IMG/VR virus record: IMGVR_UViG_3300009514_000027
Span: 1-60,761 of that record
Source: a virus
Taxonomy: Duplodnaviria > Caudoviricetes
DNA: 60,761 nucleotides
Strand: one strand, 5' to 3'
The notes under the pieces were generated by a model. That model had not been told where the DNA came from, ran no database searches, and worked only from the letters and a program-made list of their open reading frames with translations. This document shows, one piece after another, positions 7,972 through 18,351 of the stretch (position 1 is the first letter of the stretch; each line of letters begins with the position of its first letter). The translations under genes and the position numbers were made by a program.

Positions 7972-10479
7972 ATGGCAGATAGCGCACTAGTTTCAAATTT
8001 TCCTAGTCAGAAAAAATCTATGGCTGATAAGTCAGAGAAGTGGGCTAAGGAATGCATAGACTCAGCTGAGAACCTAATAATTTTTAGGAACCAGCGTATA
8101 CGGCAATCGCAGTATAACAAACAGGTTAATTACAATCTTGCAAATGATATCCTTGACACAAAGGATATGGAAGGAGTAACCAATCCGCTAGGATTACGGG
8201 GAGCTACCTTTCCTGCAAAGATGCAGAACTATCCACTGCTTAATCCTAAAATAGACCTACTTGTAGGAGAGGAAGCTAAACGGAGGTTTGATTGGAAGGT
8301 AAGGGTTATTAACGAGGATGCTGTATCTGAAAAACAGACAGCTAAGAAAGATGCCCTTATGGCTTTAATGGTAGAGCTGATAAAATCAGAATCCTATGAT
8401 GAGGCAGATGCCAAGAGAAAAATTGACGACCTTCAAAAGTACTACAATTACGACTACCTTGAACTAAGGGAAAGTATGGCTACTAAAATCCTTAAATATC
8501 TTTATAAGGATTTAGACTTAAAGATTACGTTTAACAGGGGATTCCATGACGCACTTATCGCAGGAGAGGAAATCTATTGTGCAGACGTAATTTCAGGTGA
8601 GCCTGTACTACGAAGGGTCAATCCTTTAAACTTATATACTATTCGGTCAGGAGACAGTCCTTACATAGAGGATAGTGATATAATTATAGAAGAAATTTAC
8701 AAATCTCCAGGTCAGGTTATTGACGAGTATTACGAGGAACTTAAACCTAAAGACATCTCGTCTATAGAAGAAGGCAATCTTCACTTGTCATCTGGTAGTG
8801 GTACTTTGTCCCACAAGGCACTTAATCCTACCCTGTCTATTGAAGACTTCTTACAACAGAATGCAGGAGACATGATTTCTGTAAACGAGAAAGGAGTACG
8901 GGCTATAGGTGGGGCATATGATACTGAAGGAAATATTAGGGTAATAAGGGTGGTATGGAAGTCCAGAAAGAAGATAGGAAATCTATCTTTCTTTGACGAG
9001 AACGGAGAACCGCAGAAAGATGTTGTAGATGAAAACTACATAGTAGACAAAGAACTTGGAGAGACTATAGAGTGGATGTGGGTAAATGAATGGTGGGAAG
9101 GTACTAAAATTGGAGAGGATATTTATGTAAAAATCCAACCAAGACCTATCCAGTTCAGGAGTATGATTAACCTATCATCTTGCGGACCAGGATATGTAGG
9201 AACACTTTACAACATCAATGACAGCAAAGTAAAGTCTATGATGGATAGGGGTAAGCCTTATCAATATCTATATAATGTATTTATGTATAGGACTGAACTT
9301 GCTTTTGCTAAATCCAAAGGAAAGATTGCAGAACTGGATATATCTAAAGTTCCTGACCACTGGACTATGGATAAGTGGATGTACTATGCCGAGATTATGG
9401 GATGGGCAGTAGTTGACCCATTTAATGAAGGTAAGAAAGGACAAGCACTTGGTAAGCTGTCTGGTAACTTCAATACTACAGGTAAGGTATTAGATATGGA
9501 ACTTGGTAACTATATTCAGCAGCATATTTCTATGTTGCAGTATATAGAGAACCAAATGGGACAAATTGTAGGTGTTACTAATCAGCGTCAGGGTCAAATT
9601 GAGACCAGAGAGCTTGTAGGTAATGTTGAAAGGTCTGTTACTCAATCCAGTCATATTACTGAGAAGTGGTTTTTACTTCATGACAATACTAAGGTAAGAG
9701 CTTTAGAAGTTCTTCTTGAAACTGCAAAGTATGCATGGAAGGGGCAGAATAAGAAAATACAGTTCGTTCTTGACGACCTGTCTACAGATATTCTTGACCT
9801 TGATGGAAACTTATTTAATGAGTCTGAACTTTCGTTGTTTGTAACTGACGGTACTGCTGATGCAGAATTGGTAGCAGCTATGAAGCAACTTGCTCAGGCA
9901 GGATTGCAGAATGATAAGATTAGCTTCTCTACTATAATGAGTATTTATAACTCAGACTCTATCTCTTCTATCAGAAGGAAGATTGAGGCTTCTGAGGATG
10001 ATGCAAAGCAAAGAATAGCCGATGCACAGAAAGCTCAGACTGAAACTGCTATGCAGATAAAACAGATGGAAGTAGAAGAAAAGAACAAGGATAGAGAACT
10101 TACTAAATATAAGATAGACTCTGACAATGCTACTAAGATAGAGACAGCCACTATCAGCGCTATGGGATTTGCACAGGATACCGATGTAAACGAAAACAAT
10201 ATTCCTGATGTAGCTGAGATGGCAGAAATAGCAAGAAAGGATAGAGAGCTTATGAGTAAGGAATATATAGAACAACAGAAGCTTAGTCAGAAGGATAAGG
10301 AAATCCAGTCTAAGGAAGGGGTGGAAAAACTAAAGATTAAGCAGACTGAAGTTCAAAATCGTAGTCAGGAAAAAATAGCTAACGCAGCTAACAAACTAAA
10401 AGAAAAGGAAATGGCAAATAAACTTGCTATTGAAAGGCTAAAGATAAAGAATAAGCCAAAACCAGCAAAAAGTAAATAA
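7972..10479 (+). CDS. portal protein
   Basis: 835 aa directly after TerL. QNYPLLNPKIDLLVGEE.KR and WVNEWWEGTKIG motifs resemble crAss-like portals. Long coiled-coil C-terminus. Confidence 0.9.
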   Translation: MADSALVSNFPSQKKSMADKSEKWAKECIDSAENLIIFRNQRIRQSQYNKQVNYNLANDILDTKDMEGVTNPLGLRGATFPAKMQNYPLLNPKIDLLVGEEAKRRFDWKVRVINEDAVSEKQTAKKDALMALMVELIKSESYDEADAKRKIDDLQKYYNYDYLELRESMATKILKYLYKDLDLKITFNRGFHDALIAGEEIYCADVISGEPVLRRVNPLNLYTIRSGDSPYIEDSDIIIEEIYKSPGQVIDEYYEELKPKDISSIEEGNLHLSSGSGTLSHKALNPTLSIEDFLQQNAGDMISVNEKGVRAIGGAYDTEGNIRVIRVVWKSRKKIGNLSFFDENGEPQKDVVDENYIVDKELGETIEWMWVNEWWEGTKIGEDIYVKIQPRPIQFRSMINLSSCGPGYVGTLYNINDSKVKSMMDRGKPYQYLYNVFMYRTELAFAKSKGKIAELDISKVPDHWTMDKWMYYAEIMGWAVVDPFNEGKKGQALGKLSGNFNTTGKVLDMELGNYIQQHISMLQYIENQMGQIVGVTNQRQGQIETRELVGNVERSVTQSSHITEKWFLLHDNTKVRALEVLLETAKYAWKGQNKKIQFVLDDLSTDILDLDGNLFNESELSLFVTDGTADAELVAAMKQLAQAGLQNDKISFSTIMSIYNSDSISSIRRKIEASEDDAKQRIADAQKAQTETAMQIKQMEVEEKNKDRELTKYKIDSDNATKIETATISAMGFAQDTDVNENNIPDVAEMAEIARKDRELMSKEYIEQQKLSQKDKEIQSKEGVEKLKIKQTEVQNRSQEKIANAANKLKEKEMANKLAIERLKIKNKPKPAKSK

Positions 10480-10481
10480 AC

Positions 10482-10563
10482 TATTAGTTATTAGAAAACC
10501 TATGTTTATTTTCATGTTTTAGGTCTAAACTATTGCTTTTAGTTAATTAATGTTGTATCTTTG
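10482..10563 (+). promoter_or_regulatory. scaffold/capsid promoter with upstream 31-bp conserved element
   Basis: TATTAGTTATTAGAAAACCTATGTTTATTTT (10482-10512), then ATTG (10532-10535) + 20 nt + TATCTTTG (10556-10563). Spacing is identical to the portal promoter. Confidence 0.8.
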
Positions 10564-10592
10564 TATATTAACCTAATAAAAAAATATAAATT

Positions 10593-11774
10593 ATGGATAA
10601 TGGGGGATTGTTTAATATTGATTTTAACTCAATCGGAGAAGGAGAGTTATTAGAAGTAGATGTACCGGTAAAAAAAACGCCACCTGCAGAACCAGGTGAC
10701 GAAGGTGTAGAAACTGCTACGGCAGCTGCAAAAGATAAAAATAAGGAAAAAGGAGAAGAAGACCTTATTGAGGTTGAAGCGAAAGGTGACGGCATTACGT
10801 CAGTTGCACCTGCTAAGACACCTCAAGAAAGTGGAGAAGAAATAGATGGGAAGGATGATAAATCCGCCCCAACTACGCCCTCTAATGAAGAGCACTCTCC
10901 TTTCACTCCATTTGCCAAGGCTCTTCATGAAGAGGGTATCCTTCCAAATTTGGATATTGAAAAATTTGGAGGAACTGCTGACAGTCTTTTTGATGCAGTT
11001 CGTAGTGAAATTCAGGTTGGGGTTGATACCTATAAGGAATCACTTCCTACTGTAGTAAAAGAGATTATAGATAACTATGAAGAAGGAGTTCCTCTTTCAG
11101 AACTTATTGATGCAAAATCTAAGCAGATGGAATATGCTTCCATCAAGAAAGAAGATTTTACAGAAAACGATGCTCTTCAAAAAGCAGTAGTAAGAGACCT
11201 TTTAAAGTATAAGGGTATTAAGGAAACCAAAGTTGAGAAGATTATACAGTCTTTTGAAGACGGAGGACAACTTGTAAAAGAGGCAGAAGATTCTCTTGAA
11301 GAACTTCAGGAAATACACCAGGAGTATTTGAAAGAACAAAGAACTGCAGCTGATGCACGGAATAAGGAAATATCAAAGCGCAATCAAGAAGCTTTGACAA
11401 GTATTAGAAGTCTCGTAGATACTACAACCGAGATTATACCTGACCTTAAACTAAATAAAGTAGCAAAAGACAGAATTTATAACTCTATGACACAGGTAGT
11501 ATCTGTAGACGAGAGAGGTAATCCAATGAATAAGGTTATGGAGATAAGGAAGAAAGACCCTCAAAAATTTGAGATGGTTCTTCACTATCTTGCAGACCTT
11601 GGAGTATTTGAAGGAGACTGGTCTAAGATTAAGACCAAAGCCAAGACAAGTGCGGTTAAAGACCTAGAGAAAACAATCTCAAATGGAACTGCTTTTGCTC
11701 AAGGAAATAAAGGAGTAGGAACTTCAGGAGGTTCTTCATCTTTGTTAGAGTCTCTAAAAGGCTTCAGAAGATAA
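10593..11774 (+). CDS. putative capsid scaffolding/assembly protein
   Basis: 393 aa, acidic disordered N-terminus and helical remainder, located between portal and capsid. Confidence 0.65.
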   Translation: MDNGGLFNIDFNSIGEGELLEVDVPVKKTPPAEPGDEGVETATAAAKDKNKEKGEEDLIEVEAKGDGITSVAPAKTPQESGEEIDGKDDKSAPTTPSNEEHSPFTPFAKALHEEGILPNLDIEKFGGTADSLFDAVRSEIQVGVDTYKESLPTVVKEIIDNYEEGVPLSELIDAKSKQMEYASIKKEDFTENDALQKAVVRDLLKYKGIKETKVEKIIQSFEDGGQLVKEAEDSLEELQEIHQEYLKEQRTAADARNKEISKRNQEALTSIRSLVDTTTEIIPDLKLNKVAKDRIYNSMTQVVSVDERGNPMNKVMEIRKKDPQKFEMVLHYLADLGVFEGDWSKIKTKAKTSAVKDLEKTISNGTAFAQGNKGVGTSGGSSSLLESLKGFRR

Positions 11775-11811
11775 TAAAATAGAAAACTAACCCAATTAAA
11801 TATATAAACAA

Positions 11812-13290
11812 ATGTTGCTTTCACCATTACAAAAGTATGAGCCTAAAGACTGGACAAGCTTAACTACCGAAAATCATTTCGGTTCAATCTATGGCTTAGA
11901 GCCTCAATTAGTTTCTCCCCTTATAGAGAGTATCTATAAAGTGAATTTAGGAGATGACCTATTGAGCGTTATTAGCCAGTTCCCAGTAGAATACATTGAT
12001 GATGACCGTCCTTACGAATGGTTACTTCAAGGAGCTGATGAGAAGAATCTTCCTCTTATCCAAGCTGAAGACCTTGCTGGAACTGCCATTACGGTATCTG
12101 CAGGTATTAATCACACACAATTTTATTTACGTTTCGGAGAAAGGTATTTTGAAGCTACCGATGTATTGGTAGGGGAAAAACCTGACCTTTACAAATTACG
12201 TGTAGTTGCTGACCCTATCGCCAGTGGCACTGAATGGTTATATAAAGTAGAATTGGTTACAGGAGACGACAATCTTGCTGTACCAGCTGCTGACTTAGCC
12301 GTAGGAACACGTTGGTCAAAAGACTACTCTCTTGTAGAGCAGACTCTTTCTAAGCGTGGAGGAAGTATTTCACATACCTCTCCATTCCGTATGTCTAACG
12401 TACTGTCTATGATTAGGAAACAATATATGGTTCCTGGTAATATGATTAGGAAAGGACAAAACAAGCCTTTGGCATTCTCGTTTAAAGACCAGGATGGTAA
12501 AACACAATCCACATGGCTTGGTAAACTTGACTGGGATTTCCTCAGCCAATTCCGTAGAGAAAAAGCTCGTCTTTGTATGTACGGTAATTCTAACAAAGCT
12601 TCCGATGGTACTTATGGTAACAAAGGAGATTCTGGCTTTGAGATTCGTTCAGGTGCAGGTCTTCGTGACCAAATTGCTCCTTCAAACTTGTTCTACTACA
12701 ATGATTTTGACCTTGATTGGTTGACTGAAGTTGCTATCGGACTGTCTGTAGGAAAGCTTCCTGAAGACAAACGTAGGTTTGTTCTTGCTTGCGGTGAATA
12801 TGGAATGTTCCAATTTCACAAAGCAGCTGAAGATAAGTCTTCTAACTTTACTCCTAACTTTACACAAGATAGGATTTCTGTAGACAAGTCTTCAGGTAAA
12901 ATGAGGTATTCAGGTCAATTCCTTGAGTATAAAACCGTAAACGGTATTACTTTTGAGTTGATGCATATGCCACATTATGATGACCCAGTACGTAATAAAC
13001 TGATGCACCCAGAAGGTGGAACTGCAGAATCACGCAGATATACCATTATGGATTTCGGTACTGCTGGTGGAGAAAGTAATATTGCACGAGTTGAAATGAA
13101 AGGAGATAGCGAAGTATATCGCTATATTCCAGGTCTTCGTGACCCATTCAATCCTTACAATGGCTTGACTTCTCCTGCTATGACTGCTTCCAGTGTGGAC
13201 GGTTATGAAGTTCATAGGGCTTACATGGGCGGTGTTCGTGTTAAGAACCCAATGAGAATGGCAGAAGTTATCCCATCAATTCTTAGCTAA
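11812..13290 (+). CDS. major capsid protein
   Basis: 492 aa. LTTENH start, G.EIRSGAGLRDQI, HMPHYDDPVRNK..HP.GG.AES.RY motifs as in crAss-like MCPs. Codon usage suggests high expression (many CGT, TTC, AAC). Confidence 0.92.
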   Translation: MLLSPLQKYEPKDWTSLTTENHFGSIYGLEPQLVSPLIESIYKVNLGDDLLSVISQFPVEYIDDDRPYEWLLQGADEKNLPLIQAEDLAGTAITVSAGINHTQFYLRFGERYFEATDVLVGEKPDLYKLRVVADPIASGTEWLYKVELVTGDDNLAVPAADLAVGTRWSKDYSLVEQTLSKRGGSISHTSPFRMSNVLSMIRKQYMVPGNMIRKGQNKPLAFSFKDQDGKTQSTWLGKLDWDFLSQFRREKARLCMYGNSNKASDGTYGNKGDSGFEIRSGAGLRDQIAPSNLFYYNDFDLDWLTEVAIGLSVGKLPEDKRRFVLACGEYGMFQFHKAAEDKSSNFTPNFTQDRISVDKSSGKMRYSGQFLEYKTVNGITFELMHMPHYDDPVRNKLMHPEGGTAESRRYTIMDFGTAGGESNIARVEMKGDSEVYRYIPGLRDPFNPYNGLTSPAMTASSVDGYEVHRAYMGGVRVKNPMRMAEVIPSILS

Positions 13291-13321
13291 TACTAACTAA
13301 TTAAATTATAAACTGTAAATT

Positions 13322-14188
13322 ATGGAAACCTTAGAAAAGGAGATTAAAAAGGCAGATAGAGCTTCCATTCTTGTCAAAAAAACGGTCAAAGTTGTCCCTA
13401 TAATTAGGGGCAGCTCTTGGCTTCATAAAGGACATGATGGAGAGTTTCTGTACACAGGCTGTAAGCATAGTTATTGTTTACCTTTAGATATAAAGAAAGG
13501 TAGACTTGTCAATATTCTAGATAAAGAAGAGCAAGAGTTTTTTGAAGCTGAGCTTTTTTACAAACCAGGAGATTTATCTATCTATAAAAAGACAGAGAAC
13601 TTTTGGAAAAAATTTAGAGTTGATGTAGATAAGAATGGGATGTTTCTCGACCTGAGTGACCCTATTGACAATCTTCGTCACAGATTATTGTCGGTGTGTC
13701 CATCTATAGCTCCAAGTTGGAATCTTAGATTTGCGTCAGGCGAATATAAATTTGCTATTGTAGATACTGATGTAGAGGTAGAAGACAGAATTAAGGCTAA
13801 AGATAAGAAGAAAAAAGCATACAAGTTCCTAGGTTCTATTGAGAATAACTGGGATAAGATGTATGATTTCCTCAGAGTCTTTGGACGTAAACCTGCTAAA
13901 ACCGCAAGTAAGGACTTTTTGCAAGCAGAGATTGATAAGCTTATTGAGGAACCAGCGTCCCTTGAGATTCTTATCTCTTTGATAGACGACAAACACTATG
14001 ATATTAAAATCTTCATAGAGAATGCTGTCCAGGCAAAAGCTATAGTAAAAACAGGAAAGACCCAATACTCACTCCCAGGTGGAGACGTTATTGGAGGAAC
14101 TCTTGATGCTACTATAGAGTACCTTACTGACCCAAAAAATCAGGATGTATATTTACAAATTAAAGCTCAAATAGAAGCAGCTAAATAA
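13322..14188 (+). CDS. conserved crAss-like protein downstream of MCP
   Basis: 288 aa, FLDLSDPIDNL motif, synteny. Confidence 0.7.
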   Translation: METLEKEIKKADRASILVKKTVKVVPIIRGSSWLHKGHDGEFLYTGCKHSYCLPLDIKKGRLVNILDKEEQEFFEAELFYKPGDLSIYKKTENFWKKFRVDVDKNGMFLDLSDPIDNLRHRLLSVCPSIAPSWNLRFASGEYKFAIVDTDVEVEDRIKAKDKKKKAYKFLGSIENNWDKMYDFLRVFGRKPAKTASKDFLQAEIDKLIEEPASLEILISLIDDKHYDIKIFIENAVQAKAIVKTGKTQYSLPGGDVIGGTLDATIEYLTDPKNQDVYLQIKAQIEAAK

Positions 14189-15012
14189 TGACAGCTTCAG
14201 AATTCAAATATGAATTTCTAGTTGAATATGACCGTGTAGCTAACCTTTCTTCTCCAGGTTACGAGGATGACGAAATATCATTGTTCTTGACTAAGGGACA
14301 AGAAAGGTTAGTGAAACGTCATTATAACCCTAAGTCTAATAGACTTGGAGAAGGCGTTGATAGCACTGAAAAAAGAAAGAAGAACTTAGCAGAACTTGTA
14401 ACAGATAGTGTAAACTACCTTACAGGAACTTCTAAAATCTCTGTTTCAGCCAATCAAAAAGGTATTTTACCAAACGGAGTTTTCTACGATTTACCAGGAG
14501 ACTTGATGTTTGTGTTGTCAGAGACAGCTACAGTAGACGTAAAAGACGTTAACGACAATGATTCAGTAATAGAGGTAAAACCTGTTACTTATGATGAATA
14601 CTCAGTAAATATTAAAAACCCATTTAAGAAACCTTGTAAAGAAGAGATATGGAGACTGGAGTTTTCTTCAGCCTTAAATATTGTAAATTCCAGCACAACA
14701 TTGTTTGGAATTACAATTCCTACTATTTCTACTTCTCAGGGGGCAAAAAGACATGAACTTATTACCGATGGTACTTATAACATTCTTGATTACAAGATGC
14801 GGTATGTAAGAAAACCTAATCCTATTATAGTATCAAATTTGGGAAATCTTTCAAATCCAAAGACTATAGAAGGATTCTCAGGACCCCTTGAGTGTGAACT
14901 CGACAGTTCTTACCATAGGGAAATTATATCAGAGGCGGTTGCGATTGCTCTTGAGACAGCTCAAGAAAAGAGGTATACCACTCATAGACAAGAAACACAA
15001 TTAACAGAATAA
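14188..15012 (+). CDS. tail ring/adaptor-type virion protein
   Basis: 274 aa, PGYEDDEISLFLTKGQ and YVRKPNPIIV...CELD...H.EII..AV..A pattern, synteny. Confidence 0.65.
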   Translation: MTASEFKYEFLVEYDRVANLSSPGYEDDEISLFLTKGQERLVKRHYNPKSNRLGEGVDSTEKRKKNLAELVTDSVNYLTGTSKISVSANQKGILPNGVFYDLPGDLMFVLSETATVDVKDVNDNDSVIEVKPVTYDEYSVNIKNPFKKPCKEEIWRLEFSSALNIVNSSTTLFGITIPTISTSQGAKRHELITDGTYNILDYKMRYVRKPNPIIVSNLGNLSNPKTIEGFSGPLECELDSSYHREIISEAVAIALETAQEKRYTTHRQETQLTE

Positions 15013-15036
15013 TTTATAAACTAATATAACAATAAA

Positions 15037-16509
15037 ATGGCAGACTTATCAAGAATAATTTCTACTACAAAAAGACCTAAGACAGTAGAAGAATCACGGA
15101 GGGTTACAGCACGGGACTTCAATAAACTTATTGATGAACTCGAAAATGGCGGTAGCGACCTTACAACAGGTGATTTAGCAGTAGCAGGTGATTTAACAGT
15201 TACAGGAGCTACTACCTTAAATGGTACACTAACTCTGGGTGATGCAGCAGCAGACGCTTTAACCGTTAATGCTACAACTACTTATGCAGAACCAGTAAAT
15301 TATGCAAATGCTACAGCAATTACTGCGTTTGCTACAGGAGGGCAAACTAGTGCCACAGCTCTAACAGAAGAAATTAATGATGTTACAGTTTGTGCTACAG
15401 CAGGAGATTCAGTAAAACTTCCAGCTGCAGTGGCAGGTAAGCACGTTTATGTAAAAAATTCTGGAGCAACTGCTCTTGATATTTTCCCAGCTTCTGCTGA
15501 CAGTATTGACGCTTTAGCTATAAATTTAGCTGTAAGGATTCAACCAGGTTCTTCCATCAATTTTTATGCAAAAAATGCTGTTGTATGGGAATCAGACAAA
15601 GATGCAAGTTTAACTCTTTCTGCACCTACAACGGTACTTGGACAATTAGAACTTAAAGCTACTGATTCTGCAGGTAATACTGTTACTACTATTACAAATA
15701 GGTCTCAGGCAGCAGCAAGAACTTATAGTGTTCCCGATGCAGGAGGAGATGCTGACTTTGTAATGACAGGGGGAGCACAAAATGTTGGCGGAGTTAAAAC
15801 TTTAACTAACCAACTTATAGTAATTGACGGTGTTGTTGGAACACCTTCTATTGCTACCACCACTACTGGTCACGGTTTGTACGAAGTTTCTACTGTTCAA
15901 CTTGGATTTTCTGTAGCCGGAGCACTAGCGTCATTAGCTGATACTTCAGGATTAAAATCAGATTCTTTACGAGCTAGAGTTGAACTTGGAACCGCAGGAA
16001 CAGGTGTTACAGCGGTGTCTTATGGAGATGGTAGAAATTTTACAACAGAACTTACTTTTACTGATTATATTGTTGCAGCATTAGCTGGAGCAGCAGCCGC
16101 TAAAGTACTAGTTCCTTCAGAAGCAATTTATATTTTTCCGGCAGGAGCACACGTATTAGAAGTTTCTTTTGCTTCTTTAGCTTTAACAGCTGCGGGAACT
16201 GCAGTTACTCCTGATGTAGGATTAGGAAGTGTTGTTGGAGATGGTTCAGCAAATGCAGTATTAAGTGCATCTGCAGCTGGAGCAGAGGATATTATGACAG
16301 GATTTCCTATTGCTGATACTGACACTCATGCGGTAGTTAATAATGGTCCAGTAGGTGCAACAGCAGGAATACTTACAGATATATCTTTGAATGCAGTAGG
16401 TGGTGTTAAGAATGTTTTCTTAAATGCTGCAGCTACTTGGAATGCGGATAATACAGGTAATTTAACTGCAACTGGAACTATTACGTTAAAATGGACATTA
16501 ATGTCTTAA
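15037..16509 (+). CDS. head/tail fibre-like or decoration protein
   Basis: 490 aa, A/T/G/V-rich beta-type sequence (GDLAVAGDLTVTGATTLNG). Confidence 0.6.
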   Translation: MADLSRIISTTKRPKTVEESRRVTARDFNKLIDELENGGSDLTTGDLAVAGDLTVTGATTLNGTLTLGDAAADALTVNATTTYAEPVNYANATAITAFATGGQTSATALTEEINDVTVCATAGDSVKLPAAVAGKHVYVKNSGATALDIFPASADSIDALAINLAVRIQPGSSINFYAKNAVVWESDKDASLTLSAPTTVLGQLELKATDSAGNTVTTITNRSQAAARTYSVPDAGGDADFVMTGGAQNVGGVKTLTNQLIVIDGVVGTPSIATTTTGHGLYEVSTVQLGFSVAGALASLADTSGLKSDSLRARVELGTAGTGVTAVSYGDGRNFTTELTFTDYIVAALAGAAAAKVLVPSEAIYIFPAGAHVLEVSFASLALTAAGTAVTPDVGLGSVVGDGSANAVLSASAAGAEDIMTGFPIADTDTHAVVNNGPVGATAGILTDISLNAVGGVKNVFLNAAATWNADNTGNLTATGTITLKWTLMS

Positions 16510-16516
16510 TAATTTA

Positions 16517-16548
16517 TTTGGTAATGTCAAATATTATTAGTATCTTTG
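16517..16548 (+). promoter_or_regulatory. Bacteroidota sigmaA-type promoter
   Basis: TTTG (16517-16520) + 20 nt + TATCTTTG (16541-16548). Confidence 0.85.
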
Positions 16549-16587
16549 CATAATTAAATAATAATACTAACTAAAAAAAGGAGAACC

Positions 16588-16956
16588 ATGAAACTTGGAG
16601 ACCTGGTAAACAGTAAGGCAGCGTTGGAGTCGCTGCTGAAGAACCCACTAAACATCACTGTTGGGTGGGAATTAAAAACATTTGTAAAAGCAATCAACCC
16701 AGAACTTACGTCTTTTGAAGAAGTAAATAATGAAAAGATTAAAGAGTTTGGTGAAGAAGTTAAGGATGAAGAAGGTAAATCTACTGGAAAAATCAAAGTA
16801 AAAGAAGAGAACTTTGAAGAATTTGCTAAACAAGTGAATGAACTCTTAAATAAGGAACTGGAGATTAAAGTTCCACAGATTAAGATTGGAGATATTAAAG
16901 AAGTATCTCTTACAACAGCAGAGCTTATGATGCTCGACTGGTTAATAGTAGAATAA
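16588..16956 (+). CDS. acidic small protein, possible fibre assembly chaperone
   Basis: 122 aa, E/K-rich, typical of small proteins next to fibre genes. Confidence 0.55.
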   Translation: MKLGDLVNSKAALESLLKNPLNITVGWELKTFVKAINPELTSFEEVNNEKIKEFGEEVKDEEGKSTGKIKVKEENFEEFAKQVNELLNKELEIKVPQIKIGDIKEVSLTTAELMMLDWLIVE

Positions 16957-16999
16957 TCAAACAATAAGAAAAATAAGTTTAACTAAATAATTAATTAAA

Positions 17000-18283
17000 A
17001 TGTTTACACAAAACAACGTATTGCACGTACAAATTGCAAAGAAAGTTAATAGAGTAGCTACTGTAGGTATCTCTGACTGCACTGCAGATGGAGAAGTTAT
17101 TGTTGCAACTCCAGGTGGAGTTCTGGTAACTACCAGTTCTACTACAAATGAAATTGTATTAGTACAAGGACGAGGCACTAGTAATCCTCCTCTTATTTCT
17201 CCAGTGATTAAAAGGGGAAAAGTACTGTCTTACACAATTAAACAGTATGACGCAGCTGCAGAACAGGTAACCTATATTGGTTATGATGGTACTACTGCTA
17301 CTAAAAAGATTGACGCCCTCAATGATAACGTATATCTTGCACGGGTTTATCGCCAGGATTTAGGTAAAACATTTGGTAACAAACAAATGCTTAAATTTGG
17401 AGTTTACAAATCTGACGCTACTGCAACTCAAGAAGAGATTGCTACAGGTTTGCAAGAAAGTTTCATTGCTAACTTTAAACGTGAGGCAGAACCTGTTATC
17501 AAGTTTGAAATGGTTCTCAGTGATGCTGCCACTAATCCTGCTGTTAGTGCAAGTAACGCCACAGGAAACTGGAGTGTAGTTAATGGAAGTACAAGAGCGA
17601 TAATGACTGATACCCAAGATTTGTCTGCAGGAGATTATGTAAGGTTTAGTGCAAGTGCTACTGAAGCATTGACTGACCCTGCTTATGAGATTGCTTCTGT
17701 AGATTCTTCTACTGTAGTTACTCTTTCTGTTCCCTATCAAGGAACTACAAGTGGTTCTTATGATGATGACTATATTCACCTTATTACTGCTGCTAGTATT
17801 GCTGCTTGTAATTTCGGTATCAAAATGACTGGTATTGCTGCTAATTTCGTAGTTGGACAATTCAAATATCATAAAGTTCGGTTTACTATTGGGCTTGCTG
17901 ATTTTGGAACTACTGACCTTACCTACACTACAGCAGCTGCTGAAGGAATGGGCGAAGGCGAACAAGTTGCAGAACTTGAGTGGTTTGCACAAGGTAACGA
18001 AGGAAAGATTGAAAGAGTAGGTATTCCTCCTCCTGTTTCCCGTGCCGATGCAGATAGCACTTCAATCTATTCTATAGTTACTATTGAGTACTTTGATGAC
18101 GAAATGGATGGAACTATTCAGGGAACCAAACCTTCCAAGAAACAACTTATCCTGGCATTAAACTATGCTTCTTCCGCTTATGGTGGACAGGTTCAAGGTT
18201 CTGCAAGTGATATTGTAGATGTTCTTGACGATATGATTGTTACTGACTGGGGATTTGGTTCAGCCCAAATAGGCAATCTTTAA
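17000..18283 (+). CDS. virion structural protein, possibly auxiliary capsid protein
   Basis: 427 aa, high-expression codon usage, GMGEGEQVAELEWFAQG motif, followed by a strong hairpin. Confidence 0.6.
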   Translation: MFTQNNVLHVQIAKKVNRVATVGISDCTADGEVIVATPGGVLVTTSSTTNEIVLVQGRGTSNPPLISPVIKRGKVLSYTIKQYDAAAEQVTYIGYDGTTATKKIDALNDNVYLARVYRQDLGKTFGNKQMLKFGVYKSDATATQEEIATGLQESFIANFKREAEPVIKFEMVLSDAATNPAVSASNATGNWSVVNGSTRAIMTDTQDLSAGDYVRFSASATEALTDPAYEIASVDSSTVVTLSVPYQGTTSGSYDDDYIHLITAASIAACNFGIKMTGIAANFVVGQFKYHKVRFTIGLADFGTTDLTYTTAAAEGMGEGEQVAELEWFAQGNEGKIERVGIPPPVSRADADSTSIYSIVTIEYFDDEMDGTIQGTKPSKKQLILALNYASSAYGGQVQGSASDIVDVLDDMIVTDWGFGSAQIGNL

Positions 18284-18291
18284 TATCCAAT

Positions 18292-18338
18292 AATATATAA
18301 GGGGGTAGTACTTAAAAGGTACTACTCCCAAATATATT
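18292..18338 (+). terminator. stem-loop after structural gene (terminator or mRNA-stabilising stem)
   Basis: GGGGGTAGTAC...GTACTACTCCC stem extended by AATATAT/ATATATT. No clean U-tract. Confidence 0.6.
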
Positions 18339-18351
18339 TAATCTTCTTTCC

